Shown here piece by piece: positions 38,838 through 50,356 of a stretch of DNA of 64,000 bases. Source of the DNA: a virus; the IMG/VR virus record IMGVR_UViG_3300005253_000262, positions 8,475 through 72,474 of that record; one strand, given 5' to 3'. The position numbers and the translations under genes are program-made. How positions within the stretch are numbered: the stretch's first letter is position 1; every line of letters begins with the position of its first letter. The notes below the pieces were generated by a model that saw only the letters and a list, made by a program, of their open reading frames with translations, did no database searches and was not told the origin of the DNA.

Positions 38838-40370
38838 GATGACACAACATAGTCCATTAGGATCCTCACGGAATGCACTGCGTCTAAACAGGATCACAGA
38901 GTGGTGGACTATTTTATGTCAACCAAGTGGAGGAGAACATGAACGCAAAACACACGTACAGAGTCACGCACAGGAATGATCTACGGGGGATCAACGTGAG
39001 GGAGCTGATCATGCTACACCCCTCACCTGTAGAGACCAACGAAGAGCGGATCGCAAGACAAGCACGTAAGGAACCGCATCCGAAGGTTATTGCTGCTCAG
39101 GAGAGGTTCGAGGAACTTCTCCAGAAGCGGACGAGAAGGAGTCACAAGAAATGACGTACAAACTTCATAAACTGAATCAGAACGGTACGAACGCTCAAGG
39201 GGTCCCACTAGGGCTCGTCAACTGGATGTGTCTCAACCGTCTGCACACGATGCCTAAGAGGGACAAGTTGCGCGATAAGCACTTTACTGTACCCACAGAG
39301 GCACCTAAGGTACTGAGTATACCACAACGTCGACTTCGTGAACGCGAACCTGCGATGTTCTATAAGATGTACCACTACTACATGCTGTGGGCAGACCTAG
39401 CACTAGCTAAACGCGGAGAGTTCAAGAACGAGGGCCTTATCACGTTCAATACGCGCGAGTGGAGGAGACACCAATGAACTACCACATCTGGCATAAGGGT
39501 ATAGTCATAGAGTCATTCTCAGCGGACAATGACGACAAAGCTCGTGCATACGCTCGACAACGCTATACCCATTTCGCCAAATGCACCGACGACGATGACA
39601 AAGTCATATATACAAAGACACCAATGACTGAGGATCGACAATGGTTGTTGGACCACTGCATTGAATGTGATGGTGCAGAGATACCGCAAGCATGGTGGGA
39701 AGACGCCGAGGCTCACAAGAGCCTGGGCCATGTGACCATCTCCGGGCCGCGAGGGCCAAATGGCTCCTTCAAGCGCATAACTCCGACATGAACGTTAGCG
39801 GCGATGACATTGTACTAATCGTAGGGGTCCTATACTGGGGCTACTTTCAATTGGCCCCGCTCTGGAGGAAACGGCAATGAACAGAATCTCGAACAAACTA
39901 GCAGGGCGACTGCTAGATACGGATCTAGCGAACTCTTCCTGGCGAGAGACCTACCCAAAGGCGTATGAAGACTTGTTAGAGTATCGTCAGGACATCGAAC
40001 AATCATTTCGACAGATCCTGAGTGACCACTTTGACAGGGTACGAAAGGAACTGCTTGAATAACCTGGAGGAAGCGGTAATGGAGAAACGTGAAGTAAGAC
40101 AGCTTCGCATAGGTGATCGCGTATCACTCAAATACAGCCTAGGCATAGGTAAGATCACTCGGATCGTGTGGTCCTATCGCGAATATCGTTACGGTAACCT
40201 ACCTAAGGATGGTATGTACCCGATGATTGAGTTTCGGGACATAATGACTAAGGGGAAACGTTGGGCGACATACCTTGCTATTGCGGAGTGGACGCACGTG
40301 AAGCACTGGTAAGCGATCAAGCGCAGGCCCGTAGTACATAACGATAAAGGCCCACATAATGCGTCAGCTT

Positions 40371-40407
40371 AGGTCAAGAGAATCCTCCCTCTCTTGGCCT
40401 TCTTTTT
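40371..40407 (+). terminator. intrinsic terminator
   Basis: AGGTCAAGAG/CTCTTGGCCT + TCTTTTT. Confidence 0.8.
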
Positions 40408-40511
40408 GCCGTTCAGAACCTCAGGCCTCGTTATGAAGCTGCTAGTCACAATGGCCAGCCCCCCAATGCTACAGATCGCGCACAGGTCAAAAATTTACCC
40501 CAAAATGCATC

Positions 40512-40541
40512 TTGAAATGCCCATATGTGATCCTATATAAT
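40512..40541 (+). promoter_or_regulatory. sigma70-type promoter
   Basis: TTGAAA-N18-TATAAT. Confidence 0.75.
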
Positions 40542-40575
40542 AGAGATAATAGAAAAGTGATGAGAGGAGACTGTT

Positions 40576-40980
40576 ATGGTAAAGTTCGTCGACATTGACC
40601 CTAAAGACATCGATACATCGCGTATTGGTCGTCGCGGGCGGGTATCGTACCCGATTCTTAAGGCATTCCTGGAACGCAACACTAAGGTCAGTAAGCTTGA
40701 CCTCACAGGGTTGGATAAGAACCCTACGTACCTGCGTTCTGTTCTTGATGCATATGCCAAGAGTCACAAGATGCCCATCAAGGTGTTCTCTGCTAATGGA
40801 GAGATCCACCTGATGCGTCTTGACCTCGACAACGAATGCAAGCCTATCAAGAACTGGGAAGAGGCGTTGCAGACTACAGAGGGAGCTGCTGGACTCGAGC
40901 GCGATCTGGAACCCGTCCCCGTCAGTGCTGCAGAGGTACGGCGTCGCGGCAAGCAAGAGAAGGGTAAGACTACGAAGTGA
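40576..40980 (+). CDS. basic hypothetical protein, possibly DNA-binding
   Basis: GAGGAG RBS; RIGRRGRVSYP basic motif. Confidence 0.65.
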   Translation: MVKFVDIDPKDIDTSRIGRRGRVSYPILKAFLERNTKVSKLDLTGLDKNPTYLRSVLDAYAKSHKMPIKVFSANGEIHLMRLDLDNECKPIKNWEEALQTTEGAAGLERDLEPVPVSAAEVRRRGKQEKGKTTK

Positions 40981-41633
40981 GCAAACTCCTTGTCATATGC
41001 GCCAAGCGCTACAACGGTCACGAGTTGTGGACTCTCCTGGATGTTGTAGTCCATCGCGGGCATTCCTTCGAAGTAGTGTCGCAGGAGCTACTCATACGCG
41101 ACGAACTAACTCTACGGCCAAATACGACCGAACGCACAGTCTACACCTTAGACGACCATAACGTAGCCAGAAACTTTGATGCTATATGCATCGTATCAGG
41201 TAATATGGCAGACACGGAAGCTTATTGGGATGATGCTCATGTAGCCGGGCTACTGGGGGCATTCAAAGGTGCAGACAAGGTCATAGCAGCTATTTGCTGC
41301 TCAGTCCCTACATTAGGGCCTATTGTCAAGGGAATCAAGGTCAGCTATTACCCTCTTATCCGCTCACGCCACAGACTACAATACTATGGCGCGATCCTGC
41401 AAACAACCAGCCTCACTGTCGATGGAAGGTTCGTAACGGCAGAGAATCAGATGATGACAGAGATGTGGGCCGAAGAAATATGTAACGTGCTCAAAGGCCG
41501 GCCCCCTCAATACAAGATGCACGATAGTGGCTTTGTCCCCAAGGGCTTAGAACGCAAGATGAGTCCAGAGGTCAGAGCGGCTATCGACGAAGACCGAGGC
41601 TACGAAATGGTAATGCGTAAGGACGAACCATGA
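40977..41633 (+). CDS. DJ-1/PfpI family protein
   Basis: N-terminal GHEL Glu, FDAICIVSG, IAAICCS nucleophile elbow, VDGRFVTA. Confidence 0.8.
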   Translation: MSKLLVICAKRYNGHELWTLLDVVVHRGHSFEVVSQELLIRDELTLRPNTTERTVYTLDDHNVARNFDAICIVSGNMADTEAYWDDAHVAGLLGAFKGADKVIAAICCSVPTLGPIVKGIKVSYYPLIRSRHRLQYYGAILQTTSLTVDGRFVTAENQMMTEMWAEEICNVLKGRPPQYKMHDSGFVPKGLERKMSPEVRAAIDEDRGYEMVMRKDEP

Positions 41634-42583
41634 GCTATGACAGAGCGTTGATAATCCAGATCATCAATGACAAGCAGGATACAGACACTATGCTTGACAG
41701 GGTCGTTCATGTACTGGTGCCTGGTGCGTCAGAAGGTGAACATGCCCACAAGGAAGGAGTGTGGGATGATGCACGTAGATCGGCACACCTAGTCGTTGAG
41801 ACGCTATTCGACAACGGCCGCGTTAAATGCCCAAGATGTGGTGCCGATGCCGAGAACGCTGAGAATAGGTGCCTCGCTGATGGTGATTGTCCTGTGACGG
41901 TGGGGGGTTAAATGAACAGAACCTATTACGCAAACAGGAAAATAAGTACCGATGAGTACCTTCCAGACACTCCAGGACGCGGAAAGACACATGTTGAACC
42001 ATCTAAGCAGTTGCCTCCACGCCTCTTTATATCGGCACACGATGCACAAGTGGCATTAACCTGGTGGTTGAAAGGTATTACAAGTGTACATCGAGGTACA
42101 GACTGGGATGGTGAGTACGACGAAGTCTGGAACACAGAGTCTATCTCAGGGCGTAATGAGGATGATATGGAAGTTGTCCCAGTCACATTGGGGCTACCAT
42201 GATTAAAGAACAGATATGCTTCAGGTACCCCAATACTAGTACAGTAATCGTGGCGCCACGTGTTGTAGATGTACCAGACAGTTATAGTGGTGTTATACTT
42301 GCCCAAGAGGGTATGTTTCTCAATAAGGACCTCGAGTTGGGCGATGTTGCTGCTAATACTGTGTGGTTCATCCCGCCATCGCAGATCCTCTGGGTAAAAC
42401 GGCTATGACTGAAGACGAGGCGACGGCTATTGCACTGGCAGCAAATCCCGATTGCAGCTACGCCGATTGGGATAATGGTTTAGACGTACTCCTCCGAGTA
42501 ACAATTGTCGTCAACTTGTGGCGAAACGAGGAATGCTTCCTCGCAGGTGATCCACCCAGAAAGGTGGTCGAGGGTTTCTACAG

Positions 42584-42919
42584 ATGAACGATGACGAGAA
42601 ACGGGAATACATTACATATCGGATTTGTAAGGAATTCGGACCCAGGTCAAACGTGTACCGGATTGACAAGATTGTAGCCTGTGTCGAGATGGAATGCTAC
42701 CACGTCACGATCAATCCTATTAACGACTCAGGTGTAGGCACCCTGTGGTGTGATTGCCCAGGCTTCAGAAGGCAGACGTATGATAAGACTAAGCACAAAC
42801 ATGTTGTCCTAGCATTCGACTTCCGAAAACGTGGGGAGCCTGAAGGTGCTTTGTACACGATCGAGGGCACTGGGCGGACCGCAGAGGTCATATTCTTAAG
42901 GAGCGACGATGATGCATAG
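42584..42919 (+). CDS. SWIM-type zinc finger protein
   Basis: Y.V......CDCPGF......KHKHV. Confidence 0.65.
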   Translation: MNDDEKREYITYRICKEFGPRSNVYRIDKIVACVEMECYHVTINPINDSGVGTLWCDCPGFRRQTYDKTKHKHVVLAFDFRKRGEPEGALYTIEGTGRTAEVIFLRSDDDA

Positions 42920-43094
42920 ATTCGACATAGTAGAAGAGAAAGGCAAGTGGTTTTGGTACGCGAGAGACGTGATGGGACGGATCTGCGGCAAATCGTGGAA
43001 AGGTTTCAGCAAACGTAGCGTATGTGAACATAACGCATCCGTCGTACAAGCAGGACTAACACAAGGACTACGTAGCCTGGGGTACAGCAGATGA
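42909..43094 (+). CDS. YegP/DUF1508-like protein
   Basis: F.I...GKWFW......GRI...S..GFS.RS.C..N. Confidence 0.55.
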   Translation: MMHRFDIVEEKGKWFWYARDVMGRICGKSWKGFSKRSVCEHNASVVQAGLTQGLRSLGYSR

Positions 43095-45104
43095 AACGGG
43101 GTAACTGGAAGTCACGTAAGGCACGACAACGAGACATGGCGCGGCGCAAATATACCTTGTACTCTTACAGTAGCGTCCCCAATATGGTCCTACCCCTATC
43201 TACCCCAGGAAGCTTACAAGCTGCGGTAGCACAACTATTGGCATTAAGGATGTCGTCACGGCGACCTAGAGGAGATTTATGATGGCCTATCCAACAATGG
43301 AGCAGGTCGAACAAGCAAATCAAATACAGCTTGCTCGGTGGTATCGATTTCTCGAGTCGCCTGGCACCGAGGCCATCGATAAGTCGAACTTCGACGAAGT
43401 CCTACGGGAGCAGGTTAAAATTCAGGCGCGTCTGCTGGAACGATTTGAATCATTTGGCGGATGGAACCCCACACTTAGCAAACAGGTAGGATGGTAACAT
43501 GAAAAGGTACATATCACCAATTACTAAAGAACTAACACCCACGGACTGGAAAGATAAGATCAATCTGTCCGATATGTCTCTGGACGAGATGACAGAGCTC
43601 CTAGCTGACCTCAAGGTTATGGAAGCTATGGGCAAGAAGGTTGGCGGCTACATGAAGGAAGCTGTCAAGGCCCGAATGCCTGAGGGCGAAATGGAATACA
43701 TTGGAGCACGTTTCATTGTGACACTCAATGATCGATTACGCTCTGGCGGACTCGATGGAGACAAGATCCTCGAGGAGATGGGCGAAGATTGGTGCGAAGA
43801 GCGTATGAAACCGGACATCGAGTACACTGAACTACGTCTCTCAGTAGTCACCCCGGAGTAGTAACATGAATTGGCAGCCAGGTGACTTAGCTATCACATG
43901 CAATTTATCCACTACAACTCGTAATGGGCTCATAGTGGAGATAGTTAAAGTCAGTCCGGAATGGGATAACGGAGACTATATCATCAAGTGCCCAGGGATA
44001 CTTTCTTACAAACAGGATGGCTGTTGGTCTATTCATCACTACCAATTGAGGCCGCTACCTGATGACGATGAAGATAACGTCAATCAGGTAACCAAGTGGA
44101 AGGCGCTAGAGGATATTTATCAACCTAAAGAGCTGGAGAAGGTAACATGACTGAAGAAAAGAAACCGTTGAGACCCGAATACATGCGCAGAAACGCCATG
44201 ATAACGAATCTCACAACAGGCGTGGTTGAACAGTTTAGTAGTATCAGCCGAGCTAAACGTGCATCGCACAAGATCCAGATAGACAACGACAAGGCCTTAG
44301 GGCTCGGAATCCTTAGGAAATATTAGAGGCGATAATCATGTGGGCAAGATTCAGAAAATATGTTGCAGCCTTACCAACGGCTGCAGAGGTTGCCATGGCT
44401 TTTACATTAGGCTTCGTACTCACGATAGTGGCTGTAGGGGTGCTATTTACAGTTATCGGGGCAGCACTGGCTCAGGAGTCTGTGCGTACGTATCCTGCGC
44501 GTCTTGGCGAGCAAGATCGCCGACTCGTAACAGAACAACCAGACTATGGCACGCCCCACCACGTTAATCAGTACATCGTGTCCATAATAGAGGACGATAT
44601 AGAGCGCACAGCCTCCAGCAAGATGGCCTGTAGGCAGCAGAACCTGTACCTACACTACCTGCTAGTGGACCTCGCGAAGTATCTTGGGCGGAACCCTCAC
44701 CAAGGCGAGCTGTTCAAGCCCGCGATCCAGTCCATCCACGACGCCTGGTGTCGACAATGAAGTGCATACACTGTAAGGCTGGGCAGATACTGCCGAGATA
44801 CCGCAAAGGGAAGAAACCTACATACCGATGCTGCACCTGCAGGCGTGTATACATACCAAGGGCAGAACGATGAGCACATTCTATATATCATTTGGGCAAG
44901 TACACAGGCACGTAATAAATGACGTGGTGCTAGATAAGGATGTGCTACTGAGAATCGAGGCTCCATCTGAGGGTGAAGCTAGACAACGAGTCTTCGATAC
45001 CATTGGCAACAAGTGGTTTACATCGTATGACGAGGAGACTGTAGAATTCGAATACTTCCCAGGAGGAGCCGTAGAGGTGCCGGGGATAACTGAGGTAGCG
45101 AATA

Positions 45105-45305
45105 ATGAATAAATGGACAAAAAAACAGCCGACTGATACCGGGTGGTATTGGTTTCGTGTTATGGAGTTTTTTGAACCAACACCAATCTATGTGACGAAG
45201 TTAGAAGGCGGAATGCGTGCACGGCTTGGCCAAGACTGTTGGGTACACACAGCGAGGTGGAAGGGTGAGTGGTGGTCCGAACAAATACAGAGTCCAACGA
45301 AATGA
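45105..45305 (+). CDS. Trp-rich small protein (paralog of 53623)
   Basis: WT...P...GWYW...GEW....I..P. Confidence 0.65.
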   Translation: MNKWTKKQPTDTGWYWFRVMEFFEPTPIYVTKLEGGMRARLGQDCWVHTARWKGEWWSEQIQSPTK

Positions 45306-45697
45306 TCACCAGACGTGAGCTTATAGCTATGCTTGGGGCAGGTGCCGTAATAACTGCCGAAGGATTGTACTGGCCCGGAGCTAAGTTGGTCTCGATCCCT
45401 AAGCGACATCTCATCCTGAAGCGCGACGCGATTAGTCTCGTTGCTTGGGACACTGGACGTGTAATATGCTCCATACCACGAGGGCGTGAATCGGTAGACA
45501 TATGTGGTGGTGAAGCTAGAATTAGCTTTCCGCTAATTCCTCCAGGTGTATCAGGGATGATTACTAACATGTACGTAGGCAGAACGAATATGTTCAAATT
45601 CACAGTTCCCCTCACTGTGAAGCCACGTACGATTATTACAGCCACAGTCACTGCGAGGGATCATCAGCTAGAGGCCCTTATGAGCGCACTGCGATGA
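45302..45697 (+). CDS. twin-arginine-leader protein 1
   Basis: MITRRELIAMLGAGAVITAEGLYWPGAKLVSIP. Confidence 0.6.
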   Translation: MITRRELIAMLGAGAVITAEGLYWPGAKLVSIPKRHLILKRDAISLVAWDTGRVICSIPRGRESVDICGGEARISFPLIPPGVSGMITNMYVGRTNMFKFTVPLTVKPRTIITATVTARDHQLEALMSALR

Positions 45698-46623
45698 TCA
45701 CTAGACCCATGAAGGCCGAGAAGGTCAAATATGAGCACCTAGAAGGGCTTGAGTGGCCATTACTAGTGAGTCCGAAGATCGATGGGATCCGATCCCTTAT
45801 GCATCCAGAGATAGGGCCAGCTACGACCTCATTCATTCAAGTACCCAACACGCACATATACGAGACACTAAAACGTGTGGCGGGTAACTGTCGGTTAGAT
45901 GGTGAGCTTGTTGCAGTACATGAAGACGGGGACATACGCACATTCAACGAAACCCAATCAGCCGTTATGTCGCACGGCGGCCGGCCCCTATTCATGTATC
46001 TAGTGTTTGACTGCTTCCGACAACCAGACGAGAAGTTCCTAGAACGGTATACGGACGCAACTTTCATAGTAGAGTCTATGAACCACCCAAGTATTCGTAT
46101 AGTGAACCATAAATGGGTTGCTAATGTTGATGAGTTCCTTAGAGTGGCCCAGACTCACATAAGTCAGGGATTCGAAGGTACAATGATCCGCTCTTTCGAT
46201 GGACCATACAAGAGCGGCCGATCAACACTGAAGCAGGGATGGCTTCTCAAATATAAGGCGTGGGCTGATGCTGAAGGCACTGTGGTGGGTTTTGAGGAAC
46301 GGATGCACAACGCGAACGAGGATATCAAGGATAATTTTGGGCATGCCAAGCGATCCTCCCATAAAGAAAACATGGTTCCGATGGGAACGTTGGGAGCCCT
46401 CATTCTGGATACAGCGTGGGGAGAGCTCAGAGTGGGAACAGGTTTCGATGACGCCTTAAGACAGGAAATCTGGAATCGCAACATGGACATGAGTGAGCGT
46501 TATCGTAACAAGGATTCCGAGCCGCCTGACGTTGGACGTAAGGTGACATTTAAGTACCAAGAGTACGGGATGCAAGACAAACCACGCTTCCCTGTGTTCA
46601 AGGGGTTCAGAGAGGATGAGTGA
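45694..46623 (+). CDS. ATP-dependent DNA ligase
   Basis: KIDGIR, LDGEL, VFD, EGTMIR, LLKYK, GTGFDD, PRFPVF. Confidence 0.95.
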   Translation: MITRPMKAEKVKYEHLEGLEWPLLVSPKIDGIRSLMHPEIGPATTSFIQVPNTHIYETLKRVAGNCRLDGELVAVHEDGDIRTFNETQSAVMSHGGRPLFMYLVFDCFRQPDEKFLERYTDATFIVESMNHPSIRIVNHKWVANVDEFLRVAQTHISQGFEGTMIRSFDGPYKSGRSTLKQGWLLKYKAWADAEGTVVGFEERMHNANEDIKDNFGHAKRSSHKENMVPMGTLGALILDTAWGELRVGTGFDDALRQEIWNRNMDMSERYRNKDSEPPDVGRKVTFKYQEYGMQDKPRFPVFKGFREDE

Positions 46624-46856
46624 TGCCTGAGAAATACAAAATACAACTCCCGCTGGAGACAAATGCTCCCATACCTATGGCACTTGTGTACAATAGAGAC
46701 CGCAACCGTATGGGTGAGATCCCCATTACCAAAGAAATACGCGATCTATTTCCGCCCGGTGTGGTCAAGATATTCATCGAGGGGAGTTTCAATCCCAAAG
46801 ATGGTACACTGGACGTGAAAGTAATACATCCAGATCCCAACGCGTTCGATTGGTAA
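46620..46856 (+). CDS. hypothetical protein
   Basis: Coupled to ligase stop. Confidence 0.55.
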   Translation: MMPEKYKIQLPLETNAPIPMALVYNRDRNRMGEIPITKEIRDLFPPGVVKIFIEGSFNPKDGTLDVKVIHPDPNAFDW

Positions 46857-46857
46857 C

Positions 46858-47181
46858 ATGGCGAAGAGACGTAAACGGCCTACGTGGAAGACTAGGTGGA
46901 TGACCGCCGAAGGCGAAGTCATCAAGATCGTGAACATGGACGATAGGCACCTATACAATACGATCCGGATGCTAGATAGATGGGCGGACGCTGAAATAGG
47001 ACGGGATCTAGATGCGGCATTTCGATGCTCTACAATGTTCAGCGGTAATATGGCAGAGGACATGATCGAGCAGGAAATAGACAATTTAATGGATATGCGT
47101 CCGCAAGACTACGCGTATGACAACTACAAGGTGTATCCACGCATGATACAGGAAGCAGCAAAGAGAGGACTGTCAGTATGA
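46858..47181 (+). CDS. phage hypothetical protein
   Basis: W.TAEG..I.I..MDD.HL.NTI motif common in phage ORFs. Confidence 0.6.
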   Translation: MAKRRKRPTWKTRWMTAEGEVIKIVNMDDRHLYNTIRMLDRWADAEIGRDLDAAFRCSTMFSGNMAEDMIEQEIDNLMDMRPQDYAYDNYKVYPRMIQEAAKRGLSV

Positions 47182-47558
47182 GCATAATTGAGGAAATTAC
47201 CGAGATAATAGGGACGACGTTAAAAGAGGAGCACCAAATAGACTTGTTCAGATACAAGTTAGCAGCCCTAATAGACAAGTTCCAATCCTCTAGCCCGCAA
47301 ATGCAGGAACGTCTCGTCTCGAGTATGGTGCCCTTCGCAAGTCTATGCCTTGCAAGAATTGCCATGTGGCACGTGGAGGATCATGAAGGAACTAGTTGTG
47401 CACAGGAAGCGATTAAAGCGGCCACTCTATCGTTTGCTGAGTTGGCCATTACACGCTGTAAGGAGATTGCTGAGGCGGAAGGACTCGCAGATCCTTTCGC
47501 AACATCCGATGCAAACGCAGACCTAGTGAAGGAAATGCTCAGCGAAATCAACAGTTGA
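47178..47558 (+). CDS. hypothetical protein
   Basis: ATGA-coupled ORF. Confidence 0.55.
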   Translation: MSIIEEITEIIGTTLKEEHQIDLFRYKLAALIDKFQSSSPQMQERLVSSMVPFASLCLARIAMWHVEDHEGTSCAQEAIKAATLSFAELAITRCKEIAEAEGLADPFATSDANADLVKEMLSEINS

Positions 47559-47584
47559 TTGGCCCATCGATTCTAAGTTATAAT
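47555..47584 (+). promoter_or_regulatory. sigma70-type promoter for primase operon
   Basis: TTGATT-N18-TATAAT. Confidence 0.7.
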
Positions 47585-47619
47585 AGAGTTAACATAGATG
47601 TAAGCAGAACAGGTAACCA

Positions 47620-47910
47620 ATGAGGACGATGAATACGCAAACAAAAAAACAGGAGGTCATAGACCCCAGTATCATAAGGGATAAGGTCCTGCATATACTG
47701 AGCCTCTATCCAATCATTTCACCTACCATGTTGCAGGGTGGTCTCGGCCCATATATGAAACCAGTTCAATGGCGGCCGGTACTTGAAGACCTCATTGCCG
47801 CGGGGCTAGTAAAGGAATCACAGCGGTCCATGCGGACACATCAGGAACGCTATAACACGTATACGTTCCTACATCTCCCCAAAACGGAGTTAGACCACCT
47901 TGACAGCTGA
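47620..47910 (+). CDS. winged-helix-like protein
   Basis: IL.L...ISPT.LQ..LG......LEDLIAAGLVK pattern. Confidence 0.5.
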   Translation: MRTMNTQTKKQEVIDPSIIRDKVLHILSLYPIISPTMLQGGLGPYMKPVQWRPVLEDLIAAGLVKESQRSMRTHQERYNTYTFLHLPKTELDHLDS

Positions 47911-50356
47911 TGCTCGCATTGGCCTGAGTCAGGGTGCAATAGAGGACCTTCAAAAATCTGGGATCGGGCCACGCGATATAGCGGCACGAATCCTCACGGG
48001 GGCAGAAGTAGCAGCTACTTCTGCCGGTGGTAGCTCCTACATTCCTGATGGCTACGTAATTCCCTATTTCGACTTCCAAGGCGAGATAGCTCCATACTAT
48101 CGAGTTAAGATCCTTGATCCCCTTGGAGGCCCCAAATACCGTGCACTAGCAGGGTACCCTAACCATATTTACTTCCCTCCCGATCTTAGGAAAGTACTTA
48201 AGAGCTCTCAGGCTGACTACATAATCATTACCGAAGGCGAGAAGAAGGCTGTATGCGCGGTTAAATGTGGCTTCCCCTGTGTTGCGCTATCAGGAATAGA
48301 CTGTTGGCGTAACAAGCAGATTACGTTTCCTAAAGACACAAAGCTTAAGGCTGTCAAGGTGGGTGCAGGGAGTGTCATGAAAGCTATAATCCCATCAGGG
48401 GATTCCAACGCCACGGTTCTGCAAGACTCCGGCATTGTAGCAGTAGGACTCCACGATCTCTTGGACCACATGGTAGCCAATAGCATGGAGGCCATTATCA
48501 TCTTTGATAGCAACAAGGGCGGTGTGAAGAGTCAAGTACAGCGAGCTGCCGCACAACTGGGCTATGAGCTCCGATATCGCGGACTACCAATTATTAACAT
48601 CCGCCAATTGATTCTGCCTACTACTGCAAAGGACCCCAAGATGGGGCTGGATGACTACCTAGTAACACAAGGAGTCAAAAGCTTTGCTGGGATCCTCCGC
48701 ACTTGCCGTAGGAAGCGTATTGCGTTTCCTCGTCACCCGAATCCTAAGGCGTTCATCGCTGGACGCCTACAGAAAGCGCGCCTCTCACGGAAGGAGACTC
48801 AGGACGTATCCCTCTCAATACTGATGGAGCTCGAAACCCGTGGGAGGCGTCTCCGCAATACTAATACCCACGACATGTTCTTCTTTAATGACAAGACCCA
48901 TATGCTTATGGATGTAGCACTAGGTAATCCACGTATAATGCTACACGATACAGCATTTGGGTCGTACCTGTATCAGGAGTTCAACCTCGCTGCGATAGAT
49001 CAGCGTATAGTGGGGTGGTTGGCTGCACAGTTTCATGGCGAGCCCGGGATCAAGGAAGCTGTGACACATCGTGTGCTTGCGCAACCCGCAAACATGCCAG
49101 GATGTATAGCATACCAGCTATCGGACTCACACTTTATTATCATGACACCGGATCCCTCGAAGCCGTACATCATCTGCGAGAACGGGATGCACGGCGTGTT
49201 GTTCGAGCAGGGACATGTGGAACCTATAAGCCACGTGAATATCGTAGCTAGCTTGGAGATGAAGCTTGACGACTCTGCTGTATTGTGGCACGAAGTACTG
49301 AAGAGCTTTAACTTCCTACCTAGTGCTGTACCTACTGAAGGCATACCTCAAGAGCAACTCCTAACAGAAGGGAGGTTGCTAGCTACACTGTTATACTACT
49401 TAAGTCCGTGGTTCCTTAGGTGGCGCGGGACTCAGCTGCCTATCGAACTCATTATAGGGGAGCCCGGTTGTGGGAAGTCCTCCTTATACGCCCTACGGCA
49501 AAGCGTCATTACCGGGTATCCCCGCCTTACAAACATGACCAATGACATAAAGGATTGGTACGCTGGTATCACATCCTCAGGAGGACTCTACGTCCTTGAC
49601 AATATACACTTCACCGCTGCCAATAAGGATTATCAACAACGCCTCAGCGATGAAATGTGCCGCTTGGTTACCGAACCCAGCCCCCACATTGAGTTGCGCA
49701 AACTGTACACGACCTCTGATATACTGCGTCTGCCAGTAAACTCGACGTTTGCCTTGACTGCACTTGAGCAGCCCTTCATCACTCCGGATCTAATTCAACG
49801 TTCGGCTATTTTTGAGCTTCAGGTTATACAGTCTGGGCATGATGCTATGTGGGTAGAGAAACAGATTGCTAGGGGGCCTGGGCGTGAGGGCTGGATAGCA
49901 CATCAGCTCATTGTCATCCACCGGTTCCTAAGGCGGGCCCTACACGACAAAGAATGGGACAATAACTTCCGTGCTGGGCATCGTCTAGCTAATTACGAGC
50001 AGGCACTTATTATGATGGCTAAAGTCCTCGATCTGCCGTTCGATTGGATTCCCGAAGCCCTTGCACGTCAGATGGCCCTGAAGCTCTCTGAGACAGACTG
50101 GGTAATGGCGGGGATTGCTGACTTCATCGAGGCATTCAGATCAAAACACGGCGAGGAATACACAGCGAAAAGGTTTGCAATAAGCGAAATCGTTGATTGG
50201 GCCGAGCAGGACGAAACATACTGCAAGAATCGGAAGCTAACTAACTCGTGGTCGTTGGGTAAGTACGTACGAGGCCACAAAGGTACTCTAGAGAAGAACC
50301 TATTCATGCATCAAGATGGGACAAAGAACAACAAAGCAATGTACAGGATTAACTAA
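47900..50356 (+). CDS. primase-helicase (DUF3854/TOPRIM + P-loop ATPase)
   Basis: IPYFD, ITEGEKKA, FDS, GLDDYL; GEPGCGKS Walker A, LDN Walker B. Confidence 0.85.
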   Translation: MTADARIGLSQGAIEDLQKSGIGPRDIAARILTGAEVAATSAGGSSYIPDGYVIPYFDFQGEIAPYYRVKILDPLGGPKYRALAGYPNHIYFPPDLRKVLKSSQADYIIITEGEKKAVCAVKCGFPCVALSGIDCWRNKQITFPKDTKLKAVKVGAGSVMKAIIPSGDSNATVLQDSGIVAVGLHDLLDHMVANSMEAIIIFDSNKGGVKSQVQRAAAQLGYELRYRGLPIINIRQLILPTTAKDPKMGLDDYLVTQGVKSFAGILRTCRRKRIAFPRHPNPKAFIAGRLQKARLSRKETQDVSLSILMELETRGRRLRNTNTHDMFFFNDKTHMLMDVALGNPRIMLHDTAFGSYLYQEFNLAAIDQRIVGWLAAQFHGEPGIKEAVTHRVLAQPANMPGCIAYQLSDSHFIIMTPDPSKPYIICENGMHGVLFEQGHVEPISHVNIVASLEMKLDDSAVLWHEVLKSFNFLPSAVPTEGIPQEQLLTEGRLLATLLYYLSPWFLRWRGTQLPIELIIGEPGCGKSSLYALRQSVITGYPRLTNMTNDIKDWYAGITSSGGLYVLDNIHFTAANKDYQQRLSDEMCRLVTEPSPHIELRKLYTTSDILRLPVNSTFALTALEQPFITPDLIQRSAIFELQVIQSGHDAMWVEKQIARGPGREGWIAHQLIVIHRFLRRALHDKEWDNNFRAGHRLANYEQALIMMAKVLDLPFDWIPEALARQMALKLSETDWVMAGIADFIEAFRSKHGEEYTAKRFAISEIVDWAEQDETYCKNRKLTNSWSLGKYVRGHKGTLEKNLFMHQDGTKNNKAMYRIN

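Larger units (their letters stand above)
33518..40312 (+). other. cluster of 20+ short, mostly acidic early genes of unknown function
   Basis: Tightly packed + ORFs, most with AGGAG(G/A)AAC-type RBS (e.g. 34141, 34642, 35287, 35778, 36041, 36245, 36445, 37472, 37779). Confidence 0.8.
41630..45112 (+). other. cluster of short hypothetical genes
   Basis: Overlapping ATGA-coupled ORFs including 41912, 42199, 43279, 43499, 43866, 44147-44326, 44338. Confidence 0.7.
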
